Shown here: one piece after another, positions 56,508 through 64,000 of the stretch
Numbering within the stretch: the first letter of the stretch is position 1
How the letters are laid out: each line of letters starts with the position of its first letter
From: an uncultured Erysipelotrichaceae bacterium
Lineage (GTDB): Bacteria; Bacillota_I; Bacilli_A; RF39; UBA660
NCBI GenBank assembly: GCA_902785135.1
Contig: CACZXL010000002.1
Span: forward strand, 10,710 to 74,709
Length of the DNA stretch: 64,000 bases
Reading direction: 5' to 3'
Program-made: the position numbers and the translations under genes
Notes under the pieces: model-generated
What the model was told of the DNA's origin: nothing
The model's database searches: none
What the model saw: the letters and a program-made list of their open reading frames with translations, nothing else

Positions 56508-56750
56508 TCATTTTTCTAATTTTTTTATAGTTTTATTTATTTCTTGTTCTTTAATATTATTTACTTCATACCAACCATATTCTGTCATTAAATTAAATGT
56601 ATCACTTTGACAAGTTAATATTTCATTTAATCCATCTTTTAAAGTACTTCTAACATCTTCATTAGAACTTTCTAATGTTCCATGGACAAATACCTCTACA
56701 GTACTTTTTAACACTAATAAATAGTTATTCATTATTAATTTATCATCCAT
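56508..56750 (-). CDS. putative spore coat protein F (Coat_F)-like small protein
   Basis: L.S..E..N..VR..L.......F..M...GWY pattern (…LESSNEDVRSTLKDGLNEIL…FNLMTEYGWYEV). Confidence 0.4.
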   Translation of the reverse strand: MDDKLIMNNYLLVLKSTVEVFVHGTLESSNEDVRSTLKDGLNEILTCQSDTFNLMTEYGWYEVNNIKEQEINKTIKKLEK

Positions 56751-56934
56751 TACTCTTTTCCTCCAAAACATCAAATAACTTATCTTTTAAATTGGTATGA
56801 ATTTGAATCTGATTTTCCATAAAAGATACTATTTCTTCATCTTCTAAAGTATTGATCATATCATCACATATTTTAATAATATTATCTTCATGAGAAATAG
56901 CGTCTTCATAATACAATAATTCTTTTTGTGTCAT
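56743..56934 (-). CDS. small acidic helical protein, possible coat-associated partner of the downstream gene
   Basis: 63-aa ORF tightly coupled to the CotF-like gene; no motif recognised. Confidence 0.3.
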   Translation of the reverse strand: MTQKELLYYEDAISHEDNIIKICDDMINTLEDEEIVSFMENQIQIHTNLKDKLFDVLEEKSNG

Positions 56935-57028
56935 ATTTACCTCCTATTATTATTGTGTACATATAACCTATTTTTAAACATATCTTTTTATTAAAAAATA
57001 TGATATATTAATAATAGGAGGGATTTAT

Positions 57029-58228
57029 ATGAACGAGCATTACTTTTTAGAAGCTAAAGTAGTTGTTGATGATGGCATAACTAAATATGGTAGATTTCAC
57101 CTTTCTAGTAATATAAATTCTGATATAAGAATCTATTCTTTTGAAGAATCTAGAATGATAAGAAAACACGCAAAAGAAAGACATATAATTAAGAAAAATA
57201 AATATAAAAACGAAATATATATAGATGACCAAAGTTTTATTGGTATAGTAGAAAGAAATTATCCAACAAAGAAAAAAGAAAAAAGGAAAAAGAAAAAACA
57301 TTATTTCAGATCTTTAATAATAGGTGTCGCTATTCTTTCAAGTTTAGGTGTTGGAATTAATAGAATTAATAAGAATAATATAGATAATGTAATCGAAACT
57401 AATTATGAAGAAGATAATAGTATTAAAAAAGAAGATATAATTATTGAAGAAAGAACTGAAGAACCTAAACAAGAAGAAAAAAGATATCAATATGGTGAAC
57501 CTACTCTAAATGATGTAGGATCAACTATGGTCTTTAATCAAGTTGATAATTATGATGATGTATATAAGTTTAATTATGAAGATAGATGTGATTCTTATGA
57601 ATCAAATCTTGTTGATACTAATTATAAAAATGATATAGAATTAACTAGTTCTATAAATGGTATTGATCCCATTATTTCATCATCAATCGCAAAACAAGAA
57701 AATCCTACTGATATAAAAAATTATGATATATATGCAGGACATGGTATATTTCAAATAGAAGGAATATGGAATGGTGAAGATATAAGATCATACAATCAAG
57801 AAACTAAAGAATATGAAACAGAATCAAATATAGATGTATATAAATGTGTTGATGATCCTGAATACTGTTCTATGATATTTGGAAAGATATTTAGTAATCA
57901 ATATAATTTAATATATGATAATTATAAAGATAAATATTCTGATTCAGAAATATTAGGTATAGCTATATTTTCTTATAATAAAGGTATAACTATAACACTA
58001 GAAGCTATTAATAATACTAATACATATCAAGAGTTCTTAGATTATATGAAAAATAACTCTTACGGTGGAGATAACGAATATATAGAACATGTATTAAGTT
58101 ATGTCCCAGATGAAACAGTTATAGTTATGAAAACAACTGATGGTAAAGAACATAGAATATGTATAGATAATGAAACTAAAGAAAATTTAACAAAACAAGA
58201 AGAAACAAAAAAAACTAATGTATTTTAA
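57029..58228 (+). CDS. bitopic membrane protein with an extracytoplasmic domain carrying weak lytic-transglycosylase-like (SLT) motifs
   Basis: AGGAGGG RBS, a cytoplasmic K-rich region, a TM (LIIGVAILSSLGVGI), then YAGHGIFQIEGIW and IAIFSYNKGITI, which resemble the GLMQ and AYNAG motifs. Weak. Confidence 0.35.
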   Translation: MNEHYFLEAKVVVDDGITKYGRFHLSSNINSDIRIYSFEESRMIRKHAKERHIIKKNKYKNEIYIDDQSFIGIVERNYPTKKKEKRKKKKHYFRSLIIGVAILSSLGVGINRINKNNIDNVIETNYEEDNSIKKEDIIIEERTEEPKQEEKRYQYGEPTLNDVGSTMVFNQVDNYDDVYKFNYEDRCDSYESNLVDTNYKNDIELTSSINGIDPIISSSIAKQENPTDIKNYDIYAGHGIFQIEGIWNGEDIRSYNQETKEYETESNIDVYKCVDDPEYCSMIFGKIFSNQYNLIYDNYKDKYSDSEILGIAIFSYNKGITITLEAINNTNTYQEFLDYMKNNSYGGDNEYIEHVLSYVPDETVIVMKTTDGKEHRICIDNETKENLTKQEETKKTNVF

Positions 58229-58238
58229 CATTAGTTTT

Positions 58239-58730
58239 TTATTTAATTCTATTTTTATAAACTTTTTTCTTTCTAGAATCATTTGTAGATTCTGGAATTT
58301 CTATAATATCATTTGTCTTATATTCATCTTCGTAGTCATAATCATAATCATAATCATAGAAGTCTGGATCATCAATCGGTCTAGTGTGTATATCATCATA
58401 ATAATAATTATCATGATAAAAATCATCTGTAGTAGGCTTCTCTTCTAGTACTACAGTAGGTTCATCATAATAATCTTCTCTTTGAGGTACTGGCTCTGGA
58501 ACATAGAAATCTTTTGTACTTTTATCTTTATAAGTAGGTTCACTATCTTTATAAGTGAAATCACCTTCATCTACTAATCTAATTATTTCTTTAGAATTAT
58601 CTAACAATTCAGCTTGATATCTTTTTTCTATTTTTTCTTTAATAGATAAAATACTTGCTAAAGATAAACCTATAACTGATGCTGTAACTACTATTCTTTT
58701 TTTCCTTTTATTATTTTTATTATTTTCCAT
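58239..58730 (-). CDS. membrane-anchored acidic Tyr/Asp-repeat protein
   Basis: N-terminal TM, then a very acidic tail with DDPDFYDYDYDYDYEDEY. Confidence 0.4.
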   Translation of the reverse strand: MENNKNNKRKKRIVVTASVIGLSLASILSIKEKIEKRYQAELLDNSKEIIRLVDEGDFTYKDSEPTYKDKSTKDFYVPEPVPQREDYYDEPTVVLEEKPTTDDFYHDNYYYDDIHTRPIDDPDFYDYDYDYDYEDEYKTNDIIEIPESTNDSRKKKVYKNRIK

Positions 58731-58775
58731 AATATCCCCTTTTCAACGGGCTTTATATTATCATAAAATGCATTT

Positions 58776-58809
58776 CTTGTCAAAAAAATTGGCTATTATA
58801 CTAGCCAAT
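58776..58809. terminator. rho-independent terminator (AATTGGCTA ttatac TAGCCAATT plus a T-run)
   Basis: Inverted repeat read directly. Confidence 0.4.
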
Positions 58810-60281
58810 TATTTTTCTACTATTAATCTTTGATTATCTTCTACAACTTCATCTAAATGTTGATTATTAGACATATATTCTTCTACTACATCTCTGCAGC
58901 TTGTTGCGATAACTTTACTCTTACCATTTTCATCTAATTCTTCTACTGTTATATCAAAACAATCTTTAATATTAATATAATGATACTTTTGAAGACCTAT
59001 CTTATATATTTCTTCATCATTTATATCTATTCCATCTAAAGTAAATTCCTTAAAACTATGATTCTTTTTATCATATACTACATGCATACCATCTGAAAAT
59101 TGATAGAATTCTGTATGATCACCTTCAAAAGCTTCATCTCTAAGCATATATAATATCATTTTCTTTAATTCTGATCCTTTAGCTTTAATTAAGTATATTG
59201 GATCATCATATGGGAATATTTCCATTAAATCTTGAAGAGTTACTATTGGACCTAATTGTTCTTTTCTAATAGAACCAGAACCTAAAAGCATTATATCTAG
59301 TCCTAAACTTTCTTTTAATATATCAGAAAATAAATCTCCTAGTTCTGTTTCTCTATATCTATCTGGATGAGTTAATTCTCTATTTAATCTAGTTATTACT
59401 CTTCCATATTTAAGATCTGTTTCACCCTTATATCCATTTATTAATTCTTCTAATTTTTCATCTCTTGGACAGTTTTCTTCATTAATAGAAATACATTTCC
59501 ATTTCCATTCGTGAGTACAGTTATTTTTTGTATCAATTGTAATATCAAATCTACCTATTTGATCAGTACCTACTCCTGCTTGTACAATTAAGATATTATT
59601 TACTATTTCTGGTTTTTCTATATATGTATGAGAATGACCTCCAATAATAACATCTATTCCCCAAGCTGGATCAAGTAATTCAGCAAGTTTTTTATCTTCT
59701 TCAAAACCTATATGAGTAAGTAAAACAGTATAATCTATATCAATAGCGTTATAAGTATTACAAATTCTACCTACTTCTTTAGCAGCTTCATTAACATCTA
59801 CAAACGTACCTATTAAACCTTCATTTTTAGTATTCGCAAGTACATCTTCTGTTACTATACCAATAAATAATACTTTCATGCCATCTATTTCAATTATATG
59901 ATATGGTTTAAATAATCTAGAATTATTTGTCTTAATAAACATATTAGCATTTATTATTGGGAATCTAGCACATTTTTCTAAGAATAATAAATGTGCAAGT
60001 CCATAATCTGTTTCATGATTACCTATAGTAACTACATCTGGTGAAATAATATTCATTATCTCTATTGTAGATATACCTTTATATTCAGAATCTATAATAT
60101 TACCTCTAAACATATCTCCCGCAATTGCGTATATTACGTTATCTTCTTCTTCTCTTACCTTACTAACATAACCAGATAATCTAGAAGCACCACCTATTGT
60201 TTGTTTACCATTTTCTTCACTAAAAAAATCTCCATGTAAATCATTAGAATGTAATAATGTTAACTTCTTATATCTTTTCAT
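58809..60281 (-). CDS. bifunctional metallophosphatase / 5'-nucleotidase family protein (cytoplasmic)
   Basis: LLHSNDLHGDF, GNHETDYG metallophosphoesterase motifs and a C-terminal 5'-nucleotidase domain. I place the start at MKRYKK (AAGGAG RBS); the ORF-track start at 60371 adds a spurious hydrophobic extension. Confidence 0.75.
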   Translation of the reverse strand: MKRYKKLTLLHSNDLHGDFFSEENGKQTIGGASRLSGYVSKVREEEDNVIYAIAGDMFRGNIIDSEYKGISTIEIMNIISPDVVTIGNHETDYGLAHLLFLEKCARFPIINANMFIKTNNSRLFKPYHIIEIDGMKVLFIGIVTEDVLANTKNEGLIGTFVDVNEAAKEVGRICNTYNAIDIDYTVLLTHIGFEEDKKLAELLDPAWGIDVIIGGHSHTYIEKPEIVNNILIVQAGVGTDQIGRFDITIDTKNNCTHEWKWKCISINEENCPRDEKLEELINGYKGETDLKYGRVITRLNRELTHPDRYRETELGDLFSDILKESLGLDIMLLGSGSIRKEQLGPIVTLQDLMEIFPYDDPIYLIKAKGSELKKMILYMLRDEAFEGDHTEFYQFSDGMHVVYDKKNHSFKEFTLDGIDINDEEIYKIGLQKYHYINIKDCFDITVEELDENGKSKVIATSCRDVVEEYMSNNQHLDEVVEDNQRLIVEK

Positions 60282-60336
60282 ATTTACTCCTTTATATAAG
60301 TATATTATAACAATAAAAAAGAATAAACTAAATAGT

Positions 60337-61167
60337 TTACTCTTTATTATTTGGAACAAATTTTTTAACAAATTTTCTATTAACAGTTCCTTTTGAATCT
60401 AAATATACTTTATCTACTGGTTCAAGACTATCAGATAGTTTTTGTAAGTAAGAATATACTTCAAAAAGCATAGTTGCATTAGCGTAGTCTTTATCCATAT
60501 ATAGACATGTATATTCTATATTATCCCAATCGTCTCTTGATTCTCTTATTTTTTTAATATCTTCTTCAGTATATATATTAATTAATCTATTTTGTAATCT
60601 ACTCCATATTGGTGTTTTTATCTTTTTAGTATCAGGATCAATTCCATAAGTAATTGTATCTTCAACATTTGTTTTATCTATTCTTAATTTACGATCTACT
60701 AAAACAATTTTTTTACCCACAATTTTTTTTACTTTTTCATTATTATGTATTTTTTCATACTGATTAGATAAATGCTTACCTACAGTAAATATTCTCTCTC
60801 CTTTCTCTTTAACCTTAAAAGATTTTTCTGATAATCTTATTTCACTAAGAGTTGGATTATCTAGTTCAAATTCATCAACTGGTTGTAATGCCCTACAAAA
60901 GAATTGATCTGAATAATCTCTAAGTACATAATTACCAAACTCATTACACATTCCTACTATAAAATGAGATATAGTAGTATTTTCTTCATTGACTTGAACA
61001 ACAAAAGAAATAGGCTCGTAAAATACTTTAACAATTGTATTATAAATTTTGTCTTTTATAATTATAAAAATATTTTTTTTATCATAAAAGTGATCTATAG
61101 AATAATGTTTTTCATCATATTCTAAATCTATTGTTCGTCCATCAATTTCTATTTTTTCTTTTTTCAT
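60337..61167 (-). CDS. cytoplasmic protein of unknown function, single-module paralog of the two modules in 61211..62905
   Basis: MKKEKIEIDGRTIDLEYDEKHYSIDHF... and the C-terminal ...DKVYLDSKGTVNRKFVKKFVPNNKE are almost identical to the second module of the upstream protein. Confidence 0.5.
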   Translation of the reverse strand: MKKEKIEIDGRTIDLEYDEKHYSIDHFYDKKNIFIIIKDKIYNTIVKVFYEPISFVVQVNEENTTISHFIVGMCNEFGNYVLRDYSDQFFCRALQPVDEFELDNPTLSEIRLSEKSFKVKEKGERIFTVGKHLSNQYEKIHNNEKVKKIVGKKIVLVDRKLRIDKTNVEDTITYGIDPDTKKIKTPIWSRLQNRLINIYTEEDIKKIRESRDDWDNIEYTCLYMDKDYANATMLFEVYSYLQKLSDSLEPVDKVYLDSKGTVNRKFVKKFVPNNKE

Positions 61168-61210
61168 TATATAATTACCACCCATCTATTAAAATATCAA
61201 ACTCAATATA

Positions 61211-62905
61211 TTATTCTTTATTATTAGGAACAAATTTATTAACAAACTTTTTATTAACTTTACCTGTTGAATCCAAATATACTTTGTCAACTGGCTTAGT
61301 GCTTTCAGACAATTTTTGTAGATATGAATATACTTCAAAATACATTGTCGCTTTTGCTTTATCATCATCTAAATATAACGCTGAAAATTCTGTACTATTC
61401 CATTCTTCTTTTGATTCTTTTAATTTTTTTATTTCTTCTTCAGAATATATATTTATTAATCTATTTTGTAATCTACTCCATATTGGTGTATTTATCTTTC
61501 TAGTATCTGGATCAATTCCATAAGTTATCATATCTTCTAAATTTGTTTTATCTATTCTTAATTTTTGATCAACTAAAACAAAATTATTGCCAACAACATT
61601 TTCTACTTTTTTATCATTATATATTCTTTCATAATTATCTGATAATAAACGGTTTCCTACAGTAAATATTCTGTCTCCACCTTGATTAACTTTAAATGAT
61701 TTTTCTGATAATCTTACTTCACTAAGATTTGGATCATCTATTTCGTATTCTCTCATTAAATGTAATGGCCAATCAATAGAATCTTCTGCATAATCTCTAA
61801 GTTCACAATTATCAAACTCATTACATATTCCTACTATAAAATGAGATTCGAATTGTTTTTCATCTATTACTTGAACTATAAATGAAACAGGTTCTTTAAA
61901 TACTTTAACAATCTTATTAGAAACTATGTCTTTTATAATTACATAAGTATTATCTTTATCAATAAAGTGATCTATAGAATAATGTTTTTCATCATATTCT
62001 AAATCTATTGTTCGTCCATCAATTTCTATAGTTTCCTTTTTCATTATTATTCCTGGTTCAGGAGATGGAATAAATCCCATAATAAAATCTTTATTAATAG
62101 TATTTCTTTCTTTGTAAACACCTTTAGTTCCATTAGAATACTGATCAAGATTTCTAAAATATCTTTCTATTTCAAAATATTTTGTTATTTCTTCTAAGGT
62201 ATGATCTTCTTTCATGAAATCATAATCATAATGATCAAATTCTACATTATCATTTGCATTCATTCTTTCTTTTAAATCTCTTACATCTTTTTCAGTATAA
62301 GTATCTATCATTTTATTCTTTAAAGTACTCCATATAGGCGTAACTATTTTTTTAGTATTTATATCTATACCATAAGTTAATCTATCTATTAAAGTACCAT
62401 TTTCATAAATACAACTATACTCATCATCTACTAACACTACATTTTTTGCATTTTTACTATCAAGAAACTTCATTACCTTTTTATCATTATATATTTCTTC
62501 ATAAAATTTAGTTGGAGATTCATCTCCTATAGTGTATATTCTTCCACCTTTTTTATATTGATTTACTATAAATGTATCTTCATTTATTCTAATATCATCA
62601 AGATTATAAAAACCATCCATATTAAACCTTTTTATATGTCTTAGATATTCAGACTCATTATCATCTTCATAAATATTAATTTCATATAGACCAATATAAT
62701 AAGAACCTACTAAAAAATATGTTTTATCATTTTTATCTACTTGAATTAGATTTGATACTTTCTCCTGAAATATATGTTTTCCTCCATCATCTTTTTTACG
62801 TTTAATAAATAAAGAACCATTAAGGCCATAACCTACTTGATATTTTTTGCTATCATATTCATAGTATAGTTTATTATTACCACGCTCAAAATTACCTTTA
62901 GTCAT
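61211..62905 (-). CDS. cytoplasmic protein of unknown function made of two tandem ~280-aa modules
   Basis: Internal duplication: both halves carry IYTIGD/IFTVGN, YE.IYNDKKV, VLVD, TYGID..T.KI.TPIWS.L.N..I..Y.E.... The second half begins MKKETIEIDGRTIDLEYDEKHYSIDHF. Confidence 0.5.
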   Translation of the reverse strand: MTKGNFERGNNKLYYEYDSKKYQVGYGLNGSLFIKRKKDDGGKHIFQEKVSNLIQVDKNDKTYFLVGSYYIGLYEINIYEDDNESEYLRHIKRFNMDGFYNLDDIRINEDTFIVNQYKKGGRIYTIGDESPTKFYEEIYNDKKVMKFLDSKNAKNVVLVDDEYSCIYENGTLIDRLTYGIDINTKKIVTPIWSTLKNKMIDTYTEKDVRDLKERMNANDNVEFDHYDYDFMKEDHTLEEITKYFEIERYFRNLDQYSNGTKGVYKERNTINKDFIMGFIPSPEPGIIMKKETIEIDGRTIDLEYDEKHYSIDHFIDKDNTYVIIKDIVSNKIVKVFKEPVSFIVQVIDEKQFESHFIVGICNEFDNCELRDYAEDSIDWPLHLMREYEIDDPNLSEVRLSEKSFKVNQGGDRIFTVGNRLLSDNYERIYNDKKVENVVGNNFVLVDQKLRIDKTNLEDMITYGIDPDTRKINTPIWSRLQNRLINIYSEEEIKKLKESKEEWNSTEFSALYLDDDKAKATMYFEVYSYLQKLSESTKPVDKVYLDSTGKVNKKFVNKFVPNNKE

Positions 62906-62947
62906 AAACCGTACCCTCCATCAATAACAATTATTATAACACAATAA

Positions 62948-62980
62948 AAATAAAATAAAACAGTTTTTTAACTGTTTTAT
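62948..62980. terminator. rho-independent terminator
   Basis: AAAATAAAACAGTT tttt AACTGTTTTATTTT. Confidence 0.4.
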
Positions 62981-63360
62981 TTTGGTATAACAACTAATGA
63001 TATATTTTTAAACTTATCTACTTTAACATTTACTACTTCTTCTCTTTCAACTCTATCTTTAGTAAATTCAACATACTTAAATCTTATTGTAGTTTTACCT
63101 TCTTTTAATCCTTTAAATACATAATGTTCGTGTACTATTCCACCCTTTTGTCTTTTATTCTCATCATCTACAAAAGATCTTTCTAATTTAACAATAGATT
63201 CATCTTCTATTTCATATTCCCATCTAAAAGGTATACCTTTACTAGTTTGATAAGTTAATTCTAATGTTTTAGAAGAATTATCTTTAAATATAAAGAATAA
63301 TATTACTCCTACTATTATTAATATTATAATCCCAATTATTATTAAATATTTTTTATCCAT
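62977..63360 (-). CDS. small membrane-anchored protein with a chagasin (I42)-like Ig-fold signature; possible cysteine-protease inhibitor
   Basis: N-terminal TM, then TSKGIPFRWEYE, GGIVHEHYVFKGLKEGKTTIRFKY and EVVNVKV, which resemble the NPTTGYxW, GG..F.F and beta-strand pattern of I42 inhibitors. Weak. Confidence 0.35.
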   Translation of the reverse strand: MDKKYLIIIGIIILIIVGVILFFIFKDNSSKTLELTYQTSKGIPFRWEYEIEDESIVKLERSFVDDENKRQKGGIVHEHYVFKGLKEGKTTIRFKYVEFTKDRVEREEVVNVKVDKFKNISLVVIPK

Positions 63361-63405
63361 TTTAACTTTCCTTTCTATTTGTAATATTTATCTTCCACCA
63401 TAAGT

Positions 63406-63445
63406 ATCACCTGGATTTAATTCATATCACCTGGATTTAATTCAA
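63406..63445. repeat. perfect 20-bp tandem duplication (ATCACCTGGATTTAATTCA[T/A]) at the 3' end of the 63417.. gene
   Basis: Read directly from the sequence. Confidence 0.8.
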
Positions 63446-64000
63446 GAATTAATGCTGGATTAACAACTGGTAACCCACTATATCCATGAGATTTTAACAT
63501 CATCATTCTAGAAGCATTCTTATAATCACTAGTAAATACTTTTGTAATCATAACACGGAATATATTATAACTATCAACATCATTTTCTGATGTAAGATAT
63601 ACTATTGGTTCATCATAACTGAAATTTCTATTTGCATGTGGATCTGAATAAAAATCTCTAACAGGCTTTAGATTAGAATAAGTAAAATATAATACAAAAT
63701 AGTCTTCATCATCTATTTTAGTTTTATATAAAATATATCTATATGATTTATTTCCAGTAAAACTCCAACTAACTACTTCTGCATCATTAATAGGATATAA
63801 ATAAGAATAAGCTCCTCCCATATTATAGAGAGTTATATAATTATAAAAAGTATTATTGTTTGCACCATAACCTCTAGAAACATAACCAGTTTTTGTAGGT
63901 TTATATATTCTTGTTGTTGGTGAAGAAGGTGTTTCAGTTGGTGTCTCAACTGGCTTTGTTTCTTCTACTGGTTGATTATTAGTTACTTCTTCAGTACTTT
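63417..64000 (-). CDS. C-terminal part of a secreted or surface protein (Pro/Thr-rich linker plus a C-terminal domain of about 130 aa); partial, continues past the window end
   Basis: The frame stays open to position 64000. The upstream translation is PT-rich (…EETKPVETPTETPSSPTT…), followed by the domain …AYSYLYPINDAEVVSW…HGYSGLPVVNPALILELNPGDMN. Confidence 0.5.
   Translation of the reverse strand, partial: STEEVTNNQPVEETKPVETPTETPSSPTTRIYKPTKTGYVSRGYGANNNTFYNYITLYNMGGAYSYLYPINDAEVVSWSFTGNKSYRYILYKTKIDDEDYFVLYFTYSNLKPVRDFYSDPHANRNFSYDEPIVYLTSENDVDSYNIFRVMITKVFTSDYKNASRMMMLKSHGYSGLPVVNPALILELNPGDMN

Noticed and set aside
57047-57301. Minus-strand ORF overlapping the start of the 57029..58228 gene
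   Set aside because: Antisense to a gene with a clear AGGAGGG RBS; hydrophobic low-complexity translation.
58218-58448. Plus-strand 76-aa ORF (poly-Ile) overlapping the acidic YD-repeat gene
   Set aside because: It is the antisense reading of the GAT/TAT repeats and has no RBS.
58809-60371. Overlap between the 5'-nucleotidase ORF as called (to 60371) and the 282-aa gene, assessed as a possible programmed overlap
   Set aside because: An internal MKRYKK start with an AAGGAG RBS at 60281 removes the overlap. The upstream 30 codons are a hydrophobic read-through.
61131-61523. Plus-strand ORF across the junction of the two paralogous module genes
   Set aside because: Antisense shadow ORF.
1-64000. 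CRISPR arrays, transposases/IS elements, integrases, prophage genes
   Set aside because: I saw no repeat-spacer periodicity and no DDE, tyrosine or serine recombinase-like ORFs. Only the coding tandem repeats listed as features are present.

Overview
The window is an AT-rich (about 25% GC), densely packed chromosomal segment from a spore-forming low-GC Firmicute (Clostridia-like), with almost all genes on the minus strand. Product calls rest on protein motifs I can read directly and on gene order shared with Bacillus subtilis (lepA-hemW, spoIIP, rnc-smc, sigG-ylmC, ddl-murF, holA, rpsT). Nothing here was checked against a database or with a search tool.

Three accessory regions interrupt the housekeeping backbone:

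- **A surface-protein island (6.3-22.4 kb).** It sits between spoIIP and rpsT and encodes a 1505-aa SdrD-B-type surface protein, a ChW-repeat protein, a 3392-aa Cna-B-type adhesin with about 8 tandem modules and a non-canonical NIQTG sorting signal, and a 217-aa membrane partner.
- **A second, paralogous cassette (34.5-40.0 kb).** A 1599-aa and a 219-aa protein lie next to tRNA-Ser(GCU).
- **A possible toxin/immunity-like region (60.3-64.0 kb).** It contains three copies of an unknown cytoplasmic module, a chagasin-like small protein and a truncated secreted protein.

The candidate I rank highest is at 42.7-45.6 kb. A DUF2207-type polytopic membrane protein there ends in a cytoplasmic (CSSCGGG)x3 tail in place of the usual Gly/Ser tail. 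The TGG-TAA end of that gene overlaps the ATG of a radical-SAM/SPASM maturase-like enzyme. These genes follow a cysteine desulfurase and a TtcA-like tRNA thiolase on the same strand. I read this as a possible in-cis, RiPP-like modification of the membrane protein's own tail.

I saw no CRISPR array, transposase or prophage. One tRNA (Ser-GCU) is present. Several rho-independent terminators enclose the stop codon of the upstream gene. Gene-start revisions from the ORF track are noted in each feature's evidence.
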